Assembly (NCBI GenBank): GCA_964603545.1
Contig: CAZRVD010000002.1
Span: 46,854 to 110,853, forward strand
DNA from: an uncultured Candidatus Saccharibacteria bacterium
GTDB lineage: Bacteria; Patescibacteriota; Minisyncoccia; Phycocordibacterales; DATDWN01
Reading direction: 5' to 3'
Length of the DNA: 64,000 bases
Numbering within the stretch: position 1 is the stretch's first letter; each line of letters begins with the position of its first letter. The notes under the pieces are model-generated. The model had not been told where the DNA came from and ran no database searches. It saw only the letters and a list, made by a program, of their open reading frames with translations. Below, piece after piece: positions 1 through 8,404 of this stretch. The translations under genes and the position numbers were made by a program.

Positions 1-537
1 TATGGCAAAAGCTTTTGGTATTTTTTTCCCTGGAATATGGTGATCGGTAATAATCACATCTAAACCCAGTTCATTCGCCAGTTCAACTTGAGAAACATCC
101 GTGATCCCGCAATCTATTGTGATAATAAGTTTCACCCCATCTTTATTTAAACTCCTTATAGCATCACCGTTTAAACCAAAACCTTCTTCATTTCTAAGTG
201 GAATGTAGTTTACGAAATTGTTGTAACCAATTTTTTTGAAAAAATCATGAAGCACTACTGCCCCTGGGATACCATCTGCATCATAGTCAGAGAAAATTCC
301 AATTTTCTCATCTTTTTTAATAGCTTTCAAAATTCTCTTTACCGCCTTATCTATATCTTTTAAAAGAAATGGATCGTGGAGATGCGTATCGTAGTTTGGA
401 TTTAGAAAAGCCTCTGCATTTTCCAAATCCTCTATTCCTCTAGCATAGAGTAGTGAGCGGACAAGTGGAGAGTAGCCTTCAAATAGTTTGTCTACCTTAT
501 CTGGAATATTATCTCTGACTGCATACTTTTTTGACAT
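1..537 (-). CDS. recJ: ssDNA exonuclease RecJ (DHH family), 5' part; runs off the window
   Basis: Hand translation from ATG 537: MSKKYAVR...LHDPFLLKDIDKAVKRI...SDYDADG...IPLRNEEGFGL...DCG...ITDHH, the DHH-family motifs. Confidence 0.93.
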   Translation of the reverse strand, partial: MSKKYAVRDNIPDKVDKLFEGYSPLVRSLLYARGIEDLENAEAFLNPNYDTHLHDPFLLKDIDKAVKRILKAIKKDEKIGIFSDYDADGIPGAVVLHDFFKKIGYNNFVNYIPLRNEEGFGLNGDAIRSLNKDGVKLIITIDCGITDVSQVELANELGLDVIITDHHIPGKKIPKAFAI

Positions 538-566
538 TGCTTACAGTCTACCATAACAAACTATTC

Positions 567-598
567 AAATTTCACAGCGATATATCGCTGTGAAATTT
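567..598. repeat. Perfect 32-bp palindrome between divergent recJ and HIT promoters
   Basis: AAATTTCACAGCGATA|TATCGCTGTGAAATTT. Confidence 0.9.
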
Positions 599-625
599 TA
601 GTATAGAATATGATAATATCTAGGT

Positions 626-985
626 ATGGAAACATGTATATTTTGTAAAATAGTTAAGGGAGAAATACCAAGTTATAAGGTATATGAGGACGACAAATAC
701 CTCGCTTTTTTAGATATTAACCCCCAGTCCCCTGGGCACGTTCAGGTGATACCAAAAGAACACTATCGCTGGGTATGGGACACTCCAAATACAGAAGAGT
801 ATTTTGAAGTAGTAAAAAAAATAGCCCTTGCGCAACGAATGGCATTTAATACTGACTTTATACTTTCAAAAATAATTGGCGACGAAGTAGAACATGCCCA
901 TATCTGGGTGTACCCGAACAAGGAGGTCTCTGGTGATAAAATGGATTTTGAAGGGAATTTGAAACTAATCAAGGAAAACTTATAA
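626..985 (+). CDS. HIT family protein
   Basis: CIFCKI, FLDINP, GHVQVIPKEH, HAHIW (variant triad). Confidence 0.9.
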   Translation: METCIFCKIVKGEIPSYKVYEDDKYLAFLDINPQSPGHVQVIPKEHYRWVWDTPNTEEYFEVVKKIALAQRMAFNTDFILSKIIGDEVEHAHIWVYPNKEVSGDKMDFEGNLKLIKENL

Positions 986-1019
986 ACGAAAAAACCGCCA
1001 CTCCTCCAAGTGTGCGGTT
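984..1019 (-). terminator. Intrinsic terminator of the 213-aa gene
   Basis: Minus strand AACCGC..CAC-loop-GTGGCGG followed by TTTTTTCGTTT. Confidence 0.65.
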
Positions 1020-1049
1020 CATATATTTTGCCTCAGTATTGAGGACTTT

Positions 1050-1691
1050 TTACTTGTGAAGCCGGAAGACGACTTCGTGGTCCAACCCCGCAGCGTAGGT
1101 GTCGAGGTATCGGATTCCATTACCCGACCTTTCGGTCCGAATGTCATCACCTTCGCCCGCAGTGTTAAGCCACTTGTATCGGCCCTCCGTGTGCGTTTTG
1201 ATGCTCAGTCGTAGCGGGTCGCCGACTCGCTGGTACCGTATTGTCTCCATGACAAGCGAGAACCGAAAGTCCTCGTTGCCTTGAAGTGCAAGACGGAGTG
1301 CGGGAGCGTCGCCTGGAAGGCAGAGCGCGTACCCAATTTCGAGGATACGTCCGATGATCTGCTCAGTCGACGGGAGTTGCGTAAACCCGAGTTCACGCAA
1401 CGTCGCCTTTCCGAACTTGACCACCTTCCGTTCCTCGGACTGGAGATTGCACGACTCCAGGATGGTTCGTGCAACGGAAGTTATGTACATGTCTGCCGCC
1501 CCGAGTTCCTGGAGAAGTTCGGCAGCTGACTTCCCGCCAACCTCACATTCGAGGTAAACAGGGAGTTCGCCAACCCTGACGACTTTAGGGTCGTAGGTCC
1601 CGGCGAGGAAGCGCATTGCCTCCTTTTCACCGCCGAGCTTGTTGACGATCGCTTCGATCTGACCCAGCGTGAGATTGTTGTACTTAGCCAT
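1050..1691 (-). CDS. Hypothetical protein, 213 aa, GC-richer than flanks
   Basis: ORF with AAGGAG SD 8 nt upstream, own promoter and terminator; N-terminus LGQIEAIVNKLGG. Confidence 0.8.
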   Translation of the reverse strand: MAKYNNLTLGQIEAIVNKLGGEKEAMRFLAGTYDPKVVRVGELPVYLECEVGGKSAAELLQELGAADMYITSVARTILESCNLQSEERKVVKFGKATLRELGFTQLPSTEQIIGRILEIGYALCLPGDAPALRLALQGNEDFRFSLVMETIRYQRVGDPLRLSIKTHTEGRYKWLNTAGEGDDIRTERSGNGIRYLDTYAAGLDHEVVFRLHK

Positions 1692-1830
1692 GTGACACTC
1701 TCCTTGATGCTGATAGCATCTTGGTTTCTCACTTCCCGTGAGTTAAGGGGCTTTCCGTTAGTGGTCAGCCAAAAAGTGCTTCAATTTATTTATATTGTAA
1801 GCCTCTTTTGGCTGACCACTTCACAAGTAA

Positions 1831-1882
1831 TGTTAAAGAACTTTACTAACACATTATACCACAATTGGTACATAAAAGTCAA
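1831..1882 (-). promoter_or_regulatory. Sigma70 promoter plus boxA-like motif
   Basis: TTGACT(1882-1877)-N18-TATAAT(1858-1853) with TG extension, then GTTCTTTAACA (1841-1831). Confidence 0.75.
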
Positions 1883-1919
1883 GTAAAAGCAGCCCTTAAA
1901 ATAAGGTTTTTTTGTATCA

Positions 1920-2039
1920 TAACTTTCACAATTTGGATGAAATCCGACGTGAGAAACTAAAAAAGTGAGGAGTCTTACACCTGTAAGGTGACGAGAATTT
2001 TTAATTTGGGAACGAGTAGTTCGCCAAATTTGGAAGTTA
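1920..2039. repeat. ~120-bp imperfect palindrome, ERIC-like, copy A at pgk stop
   Basis: TAACTTTCA...TGGAAGTTA ends; core GGAGTCTTAC-ACCT-GTAAGGTGAC; similar to copies at 8280, 38917, 60833. Confidence 0.85.
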
Positions 2040-3170
2040 CTCAAGAGCATCAATGCCGGGAAGAGTTTCATTGACGAGGAAGTCCAGCATCGCACCTCCA
2101 CCAGTAGAAATAAAAGTAAATTTGTCATTGAGACCTAGTTTGTTTATTGAAGCAATGGTATCTCCTCCACCAACTATTGTAGTTACTTCACTCGTTGTCA
2201 CATCTGCTGCCATGGTTGCCAGTGCCTCTGTTTTATCCACAAATCCCAACTCGTAGTTGCCGAGCGGTCCGTTCCACAAAATTGTTTTACTTTCTTCCAA
2301 AAGTTTTTTCAGTTGGTCAATTGCTTCTGGGCCGACGTCCACAATACACTCGTCTTTTTCTATTTCTCCTACTTTTTTAAATGAAACTTCGCCTTTTGAA
2401 TTGGTAACGGTCACATCAACCGGTGTTACTATTTTTTTGTTATCTGCTATTTCTTTAATACTAGATTTGGTTAAAGAAACTAAAGATGTCCCAACTTCAA
2501 ACCCTCTGGCTTTGTATAAGTTGTTTGCGAGTGCTCCCACCAAAAAAACTTTATCGGCTTTTTCTAAATATTTTTCAATTAAAGGCATTTTTGTATCAAA
2601 CTTTGCTCCACCTAAAATAAAAAGAAATGGTCTCTCTGGATTGAAAACTTTTGATAGGTGTTCTATCTCTTGTTTCAAAAGTGGACCACCATAGTGCGGT
2701 AAAAATTCTGGAACTCCAACAATAGAAGCATGCTTTCTGTGCGAGACAGCAAAAGCATCGTTTACATAAATCTCTGCCATTCCAGATAGTTTTTTTGCAA
2801 ATTCAGAATCGTTTGCTTTTTCACCTGGATTAACTCGTAGGTTCTCAAACATTAGAACTCCTTTATCTTTCAGATTTAAAAGTTTATCTATAGCCCCTGG
2901 TGTAAAGTAAGTAGGACAGAAATCTACTGGAACAAAACCATTTAGATAATGCCAAACGGGAACAAGAGTTTTTTCACCGCTTTCTATATGAGAGATTATT
3001 ATAACTTTTGCTTCTTTTTCCCGAAGAAAATCTATCGTTTCTATAACCCTATCTAGTCTAAAAGTGTCAGCAACATGACCGTCTATAATAGGCACATTTA
3101 AGTCTAAGCGTAGGAGCACATGCTTACCTTTCAATTCCTCCACGCCAAGTTCATCAATAAATTTCAGCAT
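2037..3170 (-). CDS. pgk: Phosphoglycerate kinase
   Basis: RLDLNVP, NDAFAVSHR, LGGAK, WNGPLG, GGGDT, STGGGA. Confidence 0.97.
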   Translation of the reverse strand: MLKFIDELGVEELKGKHVLLRLDLNVPIIDGHVADTFRLDRVIETIDFLREKEAKVIIISHIESGEKTLVPVWHYLNGFVPVDFCPTYFTPGAIDKLLNLKDKGVLMFENLRVNPGEKANDSEFAKKLSGMAEIYVNDAFAVSHRKHASIVGVPEFLPHYGGPLLKQEIEHLSKVFNPERPFLFILGGAKFDTKMPLIEKYLEKADKVFLVGALANNLYKARGFEVGTSLVSLTKSSIKEIADNKKIVTPVDVTVTNSKGEVSFKKVGEIEKDECIVDVGPEAIDQLKKLLEESKTILWNGPLGNYELGFVDKTEALATMAADVTTSEVTTIVGGGDTIASINKLGLNDKFTFISTGGGAMLDFLVNETLPGIDALE

Positions 3171-3199
3171 TTTTTAAATTTGTAATTTATAATTTATTT

Positions 3200-3958
3200 C
3201 TATGCTCCATCAACTAGTTTCATAATTTCAACGAAATCTTTTGGAACCAAACTCTGTCTACCTATTAGAAACCCAGAAACATTCCCCTCTTTAATGAGCA
3301 AGTCGGCGTTGACTCTATCTACCGCTCCACCGTAAATAATTCTTGTATCATCAGATGAGAACCCGAAAGAATCTTTCAATACTTTTTTTATAAATATAGA
3401 CATTTCGTGTAAATCACGAGAGTTCATTGCCTGACTTGCCCCTATAGCCCAAATAGGTTCATAAGCGATAACTATTTGCCCTAAAAGTTTTTTGGGAACA
3501 TCTCGGAGAGCAAGAAGTATTTGATTTTTAATAAATTCCAAGTAGTCCCCATTGTGATCGCGAGTAGACTCACCCACGCAAACTATTGCAGACATTCCAG
3601 AATTTACGACCGATTTAACCTTTTTATTTATAAGATCGTCACTTTCTCCCATTTTCCTTCTCTCAGAATGCCCCAGAATGACAAAACGAACGCCAAATTG
3701 ATAAAGCATTGAGTAGCTGACCTCTCCAGTAAAAGACCCTAACATCTCTGTGTTAGCGTTTTGCGCTCCCAGGAAAAAATTTCCTCCTTTTGATTTACTA
3801 AATAATGACAAGTAAACAAACGGCGGACAAACAACAACTTGAGATTTCTTTAGTTTCCCTGATGCTCTTTTTACTACCTTAACAATCTCTCTAGCATCTT
3901 CTACCTCTACCGGATTCATCTTCCAATTCCCCACAATCAGTTTTTTTACCTTTTTCAT
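3200..3958 (-). CDS. tpiA: Triosephosphate isomerase
   Basis: GNWKMN, GHSERR, AYEPIWAIG. Confidence 0.97.
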   Translation of the reverse strand: MKKVKKLIVGNWKMNPVEVEDAREIVKVVKRASGKLKKSQVVVCPPFVYLSLFSKSKGGNFFLGAQNANTEMLGSFTGEVSYSMLYQFGVRFVILGHSERRKMGESDDLINKKVKSVVNSGMSAIVCVGESTRDHNGDYLEFIKNQILLALRDVPKKLLGQIVIAYEPIWAIGASQAMNSRDLHEMSIFIKKVLKDSFGFSSDDTRIIYGGAVDRVNADLLIKEGNVSGFLIGRQSLVPKDFVEIMKLVDGA

Positions 3959-3988
3959 CCCATTATTGTACCAAATTATTAAATATAT

Positions 3989-4020
3989 ACGAAAAGCGCA
4001 CCAATCTTCTGGCGCGCTTC
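3989..4020 (-). terminator. Intrinsic terminator of the 48-aa gene
   Basis: Minus strand AAGCGCGCCA-loop-TGGTGCGCTTTTCGT. Confidence 0.7.
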
Positions 4021-4048
4021 ACAGTTTGAGAATAAAAACCAATCTTTG

Positions 4049-4195
4049 TCACCTCCTAGATACTATATAAAGTGCAATACTACTCATTCCAACAGAAAGT
4101 AGTATTGTTGTAATTGCCAGTACTAGGCGGTTGTCGATCATCGACACCACGAACATCGACAAAAGGAACAACACGGTCATTACGAACACGTTCAT
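4049..4195 (-). CDS. Small hydrophobic protein, 48 aa, two predicted TM segments; not in ORF track
   Basis: MNVFVMTVLFLLSMFVVSMIDNRLVLAITTILLSVGMSSIALYIVSRR*; GAGGT SD, TTGACT-N16-CACAAT promoter, downstream terminator. Confidence 0.65.
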   Translation of the reverse strand: MNVFVMTVLFLLSMFVVSMIDNRLVLAITTILLSVGMSSIALYIVSRR

Positions 4196-4247
4196 TGGTT
4201 ACCTCTCAATCTAACTAAATTGTGCATTCTTTTAATGACTAGTCAAT

Positions 4248-4369
4248 GTTCTGAGGATTTTTGCTCAAGTTCAAGGCGGAATGAGAAAATGCGAGGAGGT
4301 GTACATTTAGTACATTGACGAGAATTTTTGAAATTCCAACGCAGAAATCGGACAAAAAGACCAGAACTA
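4248..4369. repeat. ERIC-like palindrome, copy B at pilX-like stop
   Basis: GTTCTG...CAGAAC ends; CAAGGCGG, GGAGGTGTAC-ATTTA-GTACATTGAC, CCAACGCAG. Confidence 0.8.
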
Positions 4370-5836
4370 CAACTCTTGCCAGGAAACTATTTGATACTGA
4401 TCACTAGTCAATGGAAAACTCGGTGGTGGTCCGTAAAGCAAATTGCCGTCATAAATAATATTTCTGGTGTTGTACCCCGTTCCATCTGTATATGCAAAAC
4501 CATAACGAACATTACTTGCTATCATTCCATACAAAGTTATTGTATTTCTGTCATAACCTACGCCACAGCTAGATGAGTAATGGAATCTTCCTGCGCGACC
4601 ATTTTGTGCAACTAAGGCAGCGTCAATTCGCATTGTATCCGCGCTTGATAGTCCAGCCGTAATGTTTCCTTGAGCAATAAGAGCTATTACATCTTGGCCA
4701 TCATAGTTTGTATAAAGCAAATTGTTATTGATCATAATATTTGGACGTGTAGCAGAGTTGTCTGGAAATCTCCCAACAGCAAGAGTTGCTCGGCTAGAGT
4801 TTATTTGTCCCTCTGCCCAAACATGATCTTCTATAAAAATAAGTCCGTTTGCTGGCATAGGATAGTTTGCAAGAAAAGTTTGTGCACCTGCACCAGAACG
4901 AATACTCCAGGTTCCCCATCCCGTTGTCGACTCTGCGCAACCACTCGGTGTCGTTGTAATTTGATTAACTCTATACAAATCAAAAGTGTCATCAGTTTTA
5001 AATAAAACTCTATAGCCAAGAGCTCCCGAGCCGGCAAAATATCTCCCGCCAGATTGTGCATCTGCTTTTATTTGAGCTAAGTCAGAAGTAAATCCTAGAA
5101 AATCAATAGCAGGAATTGGAAAAGATCTCCCTGCGACAAAAATATCAGTTCTGTTTGCAACTGGAGTTGTTGGTGGCGCTTCAGCTGCTCTAAAAGTATC
5201 AATAATACCGCTTCCGGGAGGAGCAGTAACGTGTGTGTGAACTCCGAACTCATTGTTGCCCGAATGGTCTGGATCATTGTAATCGGGTCTTGAACTAGTT
5301 ACTAGGTTATGTGCCAAACCATCAAAACGAATACCCCCATTGGAATGTATCGGCCCAAAAACTTCTGTTCCTGCTCCAAAACGAATATCACTGTTTGATG
5401 CGATAGCGTATTTTGCAAGTGAGGGAATGGCAAGGCCTGTAATAATAGACCTAGATACAGTAGGGTCAGCAACAATTTTCCCAGTAGATTTAATCCTAAC
5501 CAAAGTGGACCCGATAGGTGGTGGAGTAATGTCTAAAGTAAATGTGCCAATCTTTATCCCGTCTTTATCAAAAAAATCATGAATGTATGAACCAGGTAGC
5601 CCCGTCCCATCCTGATAATCTGTAGAGGCATGAGCCAGATGCCATCTATAATAATCTACCCCCGCTTCAGCTATTTGTAGAGCCTGTTCTCTATACATAG
5701 CGACCCTTGAAGCTTTCATATTAACTCCAGCCCAACTTATGAGAGCTCCAACCATAACAACAGCGATGGAACCAAAAACTAAAGCTTGGACTATTAAACT
5801 CCCTTTTTCATTTTTTATTTTACTTATGTGGTTCAT
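4367..5836 (-). CDS. PilX-like minor pilin / pilus assembly protein
   Basis: KGSLIVQALVF N-terminus, QALQIAEAG, C-terminal SWQE; in pilus operon. Confidence 0.75.
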   Translation of the reverse strand: MNHISKIKNEKGSLIVQALVFGSIAVVMVGALISWAGVNMKASRVAMYREQALQIAEAGVDYYRWHLAHASTDYQDGTGLPGSYIHDFFDKDGIKIGTFTLDITPPPIGSTLVRIKSTGKIVADPTVSRSIITGLAIPSLAKYAIASNSDIRFGAGTEVFGPIHSNGGIRFDGLAHNLVTSSRPDYNDPDHSGNNEFGVHTHVTAPPGSGIIDTFRAAEAPPTTPVANRTDIFVAGRSFPIPAIDFLGFTSDLAQIKADAQSGGRYFAGSGALGYRVLFKTDDTFDLYRVNQITTTPSGCAESTTGWGTWSIRSGAGAQTFLANYPMPANGLIFIEDHVWAEGQINSSRATLAVGRFPDNSATRPNIMINNNLLYTNYDGQDVIALIAQGNITAGLSSADTMRIDAALVAQNGRAGRFHYSSSCGVGYDRNTITLYGMIASNVRYGFAYTDGTGYNTRNIIYDGNLLYGPPPSFPLTSDQYQIVSWQEL

Positions 5837-6450
5837 TACAAATTATCTTTAAGATTACGTAAACTAACTTGGGAAGTTGCGATGATTGGAGTTGGTGAAC
5901 GGTTTGGGTCAGTATCAATTATAACAGTAATTTTAATTAGTCTTATTGTGGATATATTTGGGGGAATAGAAAGTGGTGTTGATGTTCCTGCATACGAAGA
6001 TAGATAATATTGAAAAATAGGCAAAGTTGAACTGGCTGTAACATAGTTTAGAAGAGTGGTTGTAACTTCACTCCCAGCATTGTAAACAGGAGGATTACCG
6101 GTCGGAGTTATAACTCCTTTTTTTATTGTTTTTCCGCTTAAATAATATCTGACTTTGTCTATACTACCGTTGTTACCAACATCTGAGTAAAAAGTAATAC
6201 CAGTTGAAGAAGCAAGCTCTATTGGGTAGGACCCTATGGCAGACTGTGTGGTCTTTCGAAGCTCCGAGACTATGGTTTTTATGAGATGTCTTGCTTCTAG
6301 TTGTGCATTCAAACTACTTTGTAGATTAGTATTGAGCGAAAAAACGTCTTTTTGAAAAGTCGAGACAACAAGCATGATCGCGGACAAAATAGCTACGCTT
6401 ACTATCAACTCAACTAGTGTGACCCCTTTTTTATATGAAATTTTTTTCAT
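5836..6450 (-). CDS. Minor pilin, PilW/GspJ-like
   Basis: KKG|VTLVELIVSVAI class III signal peptide; ends VSLRN. Confidence 0.85.
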   Translation of the reverse strand: MKKISYKKGVTLVELIVSVAILSAIMLVVSTFQKDVFSLNTNLQSSLNAQLEARHLIKTIVSELRKTTQSAIGSYPIELASSTGITFYSDVGNNGSIDKVRYYLSGKTIKKGVITPTGNPPVYNAGSEVTTTLLNYVTASSTLPIFQYYLSSYAGTSTPLSIPPNISTIRLIKITVIIDTDPNRSPTPIIATSQVSLRNLKDNL

Positions 6451-6462
6451 TATAATAAAATT

Positions 6463-8265
6463 TTAGTTCGGTATTAGTACTACATCTTGACTCTGCCATG
6501 GAGAACTAATGTCGACAGAAATATCTTGTTCAACATAACCAGCCTTGGACAAATGAAGATCATAAATACCAATAGGTACATCATCAAAATAGACTTGCCC
6601 TGGAGGCATACACAGAGAAGTAAAAGTAAAAGAAATATCTGAAATGTTTGGTGTTGTGGATGTGGAAATAGTGTCTAAGAAAAGTTTGTAACGGAGATAT
6701 TGTTTAGAATTATTCGAACTATGAATATTTTGATTTCCGATTGTATAGAATGTTCCACTAGTGCCATCTGGACCCCTGTAGTCCCAATCCCCACCATCAT
6801 TATTTGTGGCAATTTGAAGTCTCACAGATGGAGAACCAGATTGTGGTGGCTGGTCAACTGGAGTCCATAATATCTTCTGAAAATTACTCGGGGAACCAAC
6901 GTCAAACGAGGAAGATTCCAGTATACCGCTTCCTACATACTCACCAAATATTTGAGAAAGTGAAAGATCGCCCGCTGGACTGTTGTCTGCCACATTTCCA
7001 TTAGAAGAAAAATACTGAGCAGGGTTTGTAGAAGTTGCTTGCCCGGAACCAAGAGACCAATCAGTCTGGTTTATGTAACCTTGTCCTGTTATTTCTGTAA
7101 CAGGGGTAAAACCTGACCTAGAAAGTGTTACATCTACACCAGAGAGGGGTAACCCGGTACTACTGTCTGTAACAGTAACCACAAGTGTGTTTGGATTTTT
7201 TGGAGCAACAACTAATTGTATAGCCTGTGTACTGTTTGGAATTAAACTTATTGGTGAGATTGGATTCCAACCAATAAGGTCATACGACGCATCTTGCAGG
7301 GTGAGTAAGTATGAATCCCATTCCAAGTTGTTAATTGTAAGAGTACCGCCACCTCCCGTTACTTTATCTTGATCATATTTCAAAACATTAGGACTCGTAC
7401 CAATAAGTTTGGCACCTTGAATATTAAAATCAATTCCAGGAACTGGCACACAAGTTTGTGTTACAGAACTAACATTAAATGTACTCACTCTATCTATTGC
7501 AAAAGATAATTGAGTAACTTGCTGAAGTGCAACAGTAGCAAAAGGTTTTACAGGATTTGGATTACTAACCGTAGACGCATATGTTTTATCTGTAGAATAA
7601 CCTTCTTTTGAAACAGTTATATCATAAGCATTGACTCCTGGTGGAGCGTCAACAACCTGAAGCATTCCGTTTGCGTTTGTAACATCGTCGATTGTAATTG
7701 GAGGATTGTTTGTTGTGTTTTCGATATGGACATTTGCCCCTTCTACTGGATTTCCATTTGCATCAAAAACTTTTACAAAAAGAGCACCGTTTGTAGACGC
7801 TGTTTCAAGGTTTTTTGGAGCGACTCTGGTGGTAAAAATGACGGGTGTAAAGTTTTTACAAGTAGCACAATTCACTTCAACTTCTACTAGTTTAAAATCT
7901 GCAGGAGACAAATCGTTTGGAGTATCTCCCAGAATTCCATCAAAAGGATCGTCAACATTTCTAACTGTTATTGTTACATCAAAAGAAGCTTGCCCACGAA
8001 CAAGAGTTTGACTATGAACAAGAACACCTGAAGGAATACTGCCATAAATACCGACATCTGAGTAAGGAAGGTTTCTTATTATTTCAAATTGTTCATTAGA
8101 TAGGTCAACCGCACCAAGCCTTGCCCTACTTGCATGAACAACATCAAAAATACTTGTGTATGCACTGTAAACAGAAACGCAAATTACTGTAAACACAGCG
8201 ACTCCGACCAATAATTCAACAAGTGAGAACCCTTTTTTATTTTTTTTTAAATTTTGTTTCAACAT
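6463..8265 (-). CDS. Large minor pilin (PilV-like) with carboxypeptidase-regulatory-like beta domains
   Basis: KKG|FSLVELLVGV; VFDANGNPVEGANV and VTDSSTGLPLSGVDV repeats. Confidence 0.8.
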   Translation of the reverse strand: MLKQNLKKNKKGFSLVELLVGVAVFTVICVSVYSAYTSIFDVVHASRARLGAVDLSNEQFEIIRNLPYSDVGIYGSIPSGVLVHSQTLVRGQASFDVTITVRNVDDPFDGILGDTPNDLSPADFKLVEVEVNCATCKNFTPVIFTTRVAPKNLETASTNGALFVKVFDANGNPVEGANVHIENTTNNPPITIDDVTNANGMLQVVDAPPGVNAYDITVSKEGYSTDKTYASTVSNPNPVKPFATVALQQVTQLSFAIDRVSTFNVSSVTQTCVPVPGIDFNIQGAKLIGTSPNVLKYDQDKVTGGGGTLTINNLEWDSYLLTLQDASYDLIGWNPISPISLIPNSTQAIQLVVAPKNPNTLVVTVTDSSTGLPLSGVDVTLSRSGFTPVTEITGQGYINQTDWSLGSGQATSTNPAQYFSSNGNVADNSPAGDLSLSQIFGEYVGSGILESSSFDVGSPSNFQKILWTPVDQPPQSGSPSVRLQIATNNDGGDWDYRGPDGTSGTFYTIGNQNIHSSNNSKQYLRYKLFLDTISTSTTPNISDISFTFTSLCMPPGQVYFDDVPIGIYDLHLSKAGYVEQDISVDISSPWQSQDVVLIPN

Positions 8266-8279
8266 ATTTCTTGTATCTA

Positions 8280-8404
8280 TAGAACTTTGATAATTTGGAT
8301 GAAGTTCGAGGTGGACAAGTAAAATAATTTGAGCCTTATAAGTATAAGGTGAAAATTATTTTGCGAAGTCCAACAAAGAAATTCGCCAAATTTTCAAAGT
8401 TCTA
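8280..8404. repeat. ERIC-like palindrome, copy C at pilC stop
   Basis: Perfect 11-bp terminal IR TAGAACTTTGA/TCAAAGTTCTA; core GAGCCTTATA-AG-TATAAGGTGA. Confidence 0.85.

Noticed and set aside
1920-2039. ERIC-like palindromes as integron attC sites
   Set aside because: Ends do not consistently fit RYYYAAC/GTTRRRY, they follow core genes rather than cassette arrays, and the recombinase looks like plain Xer
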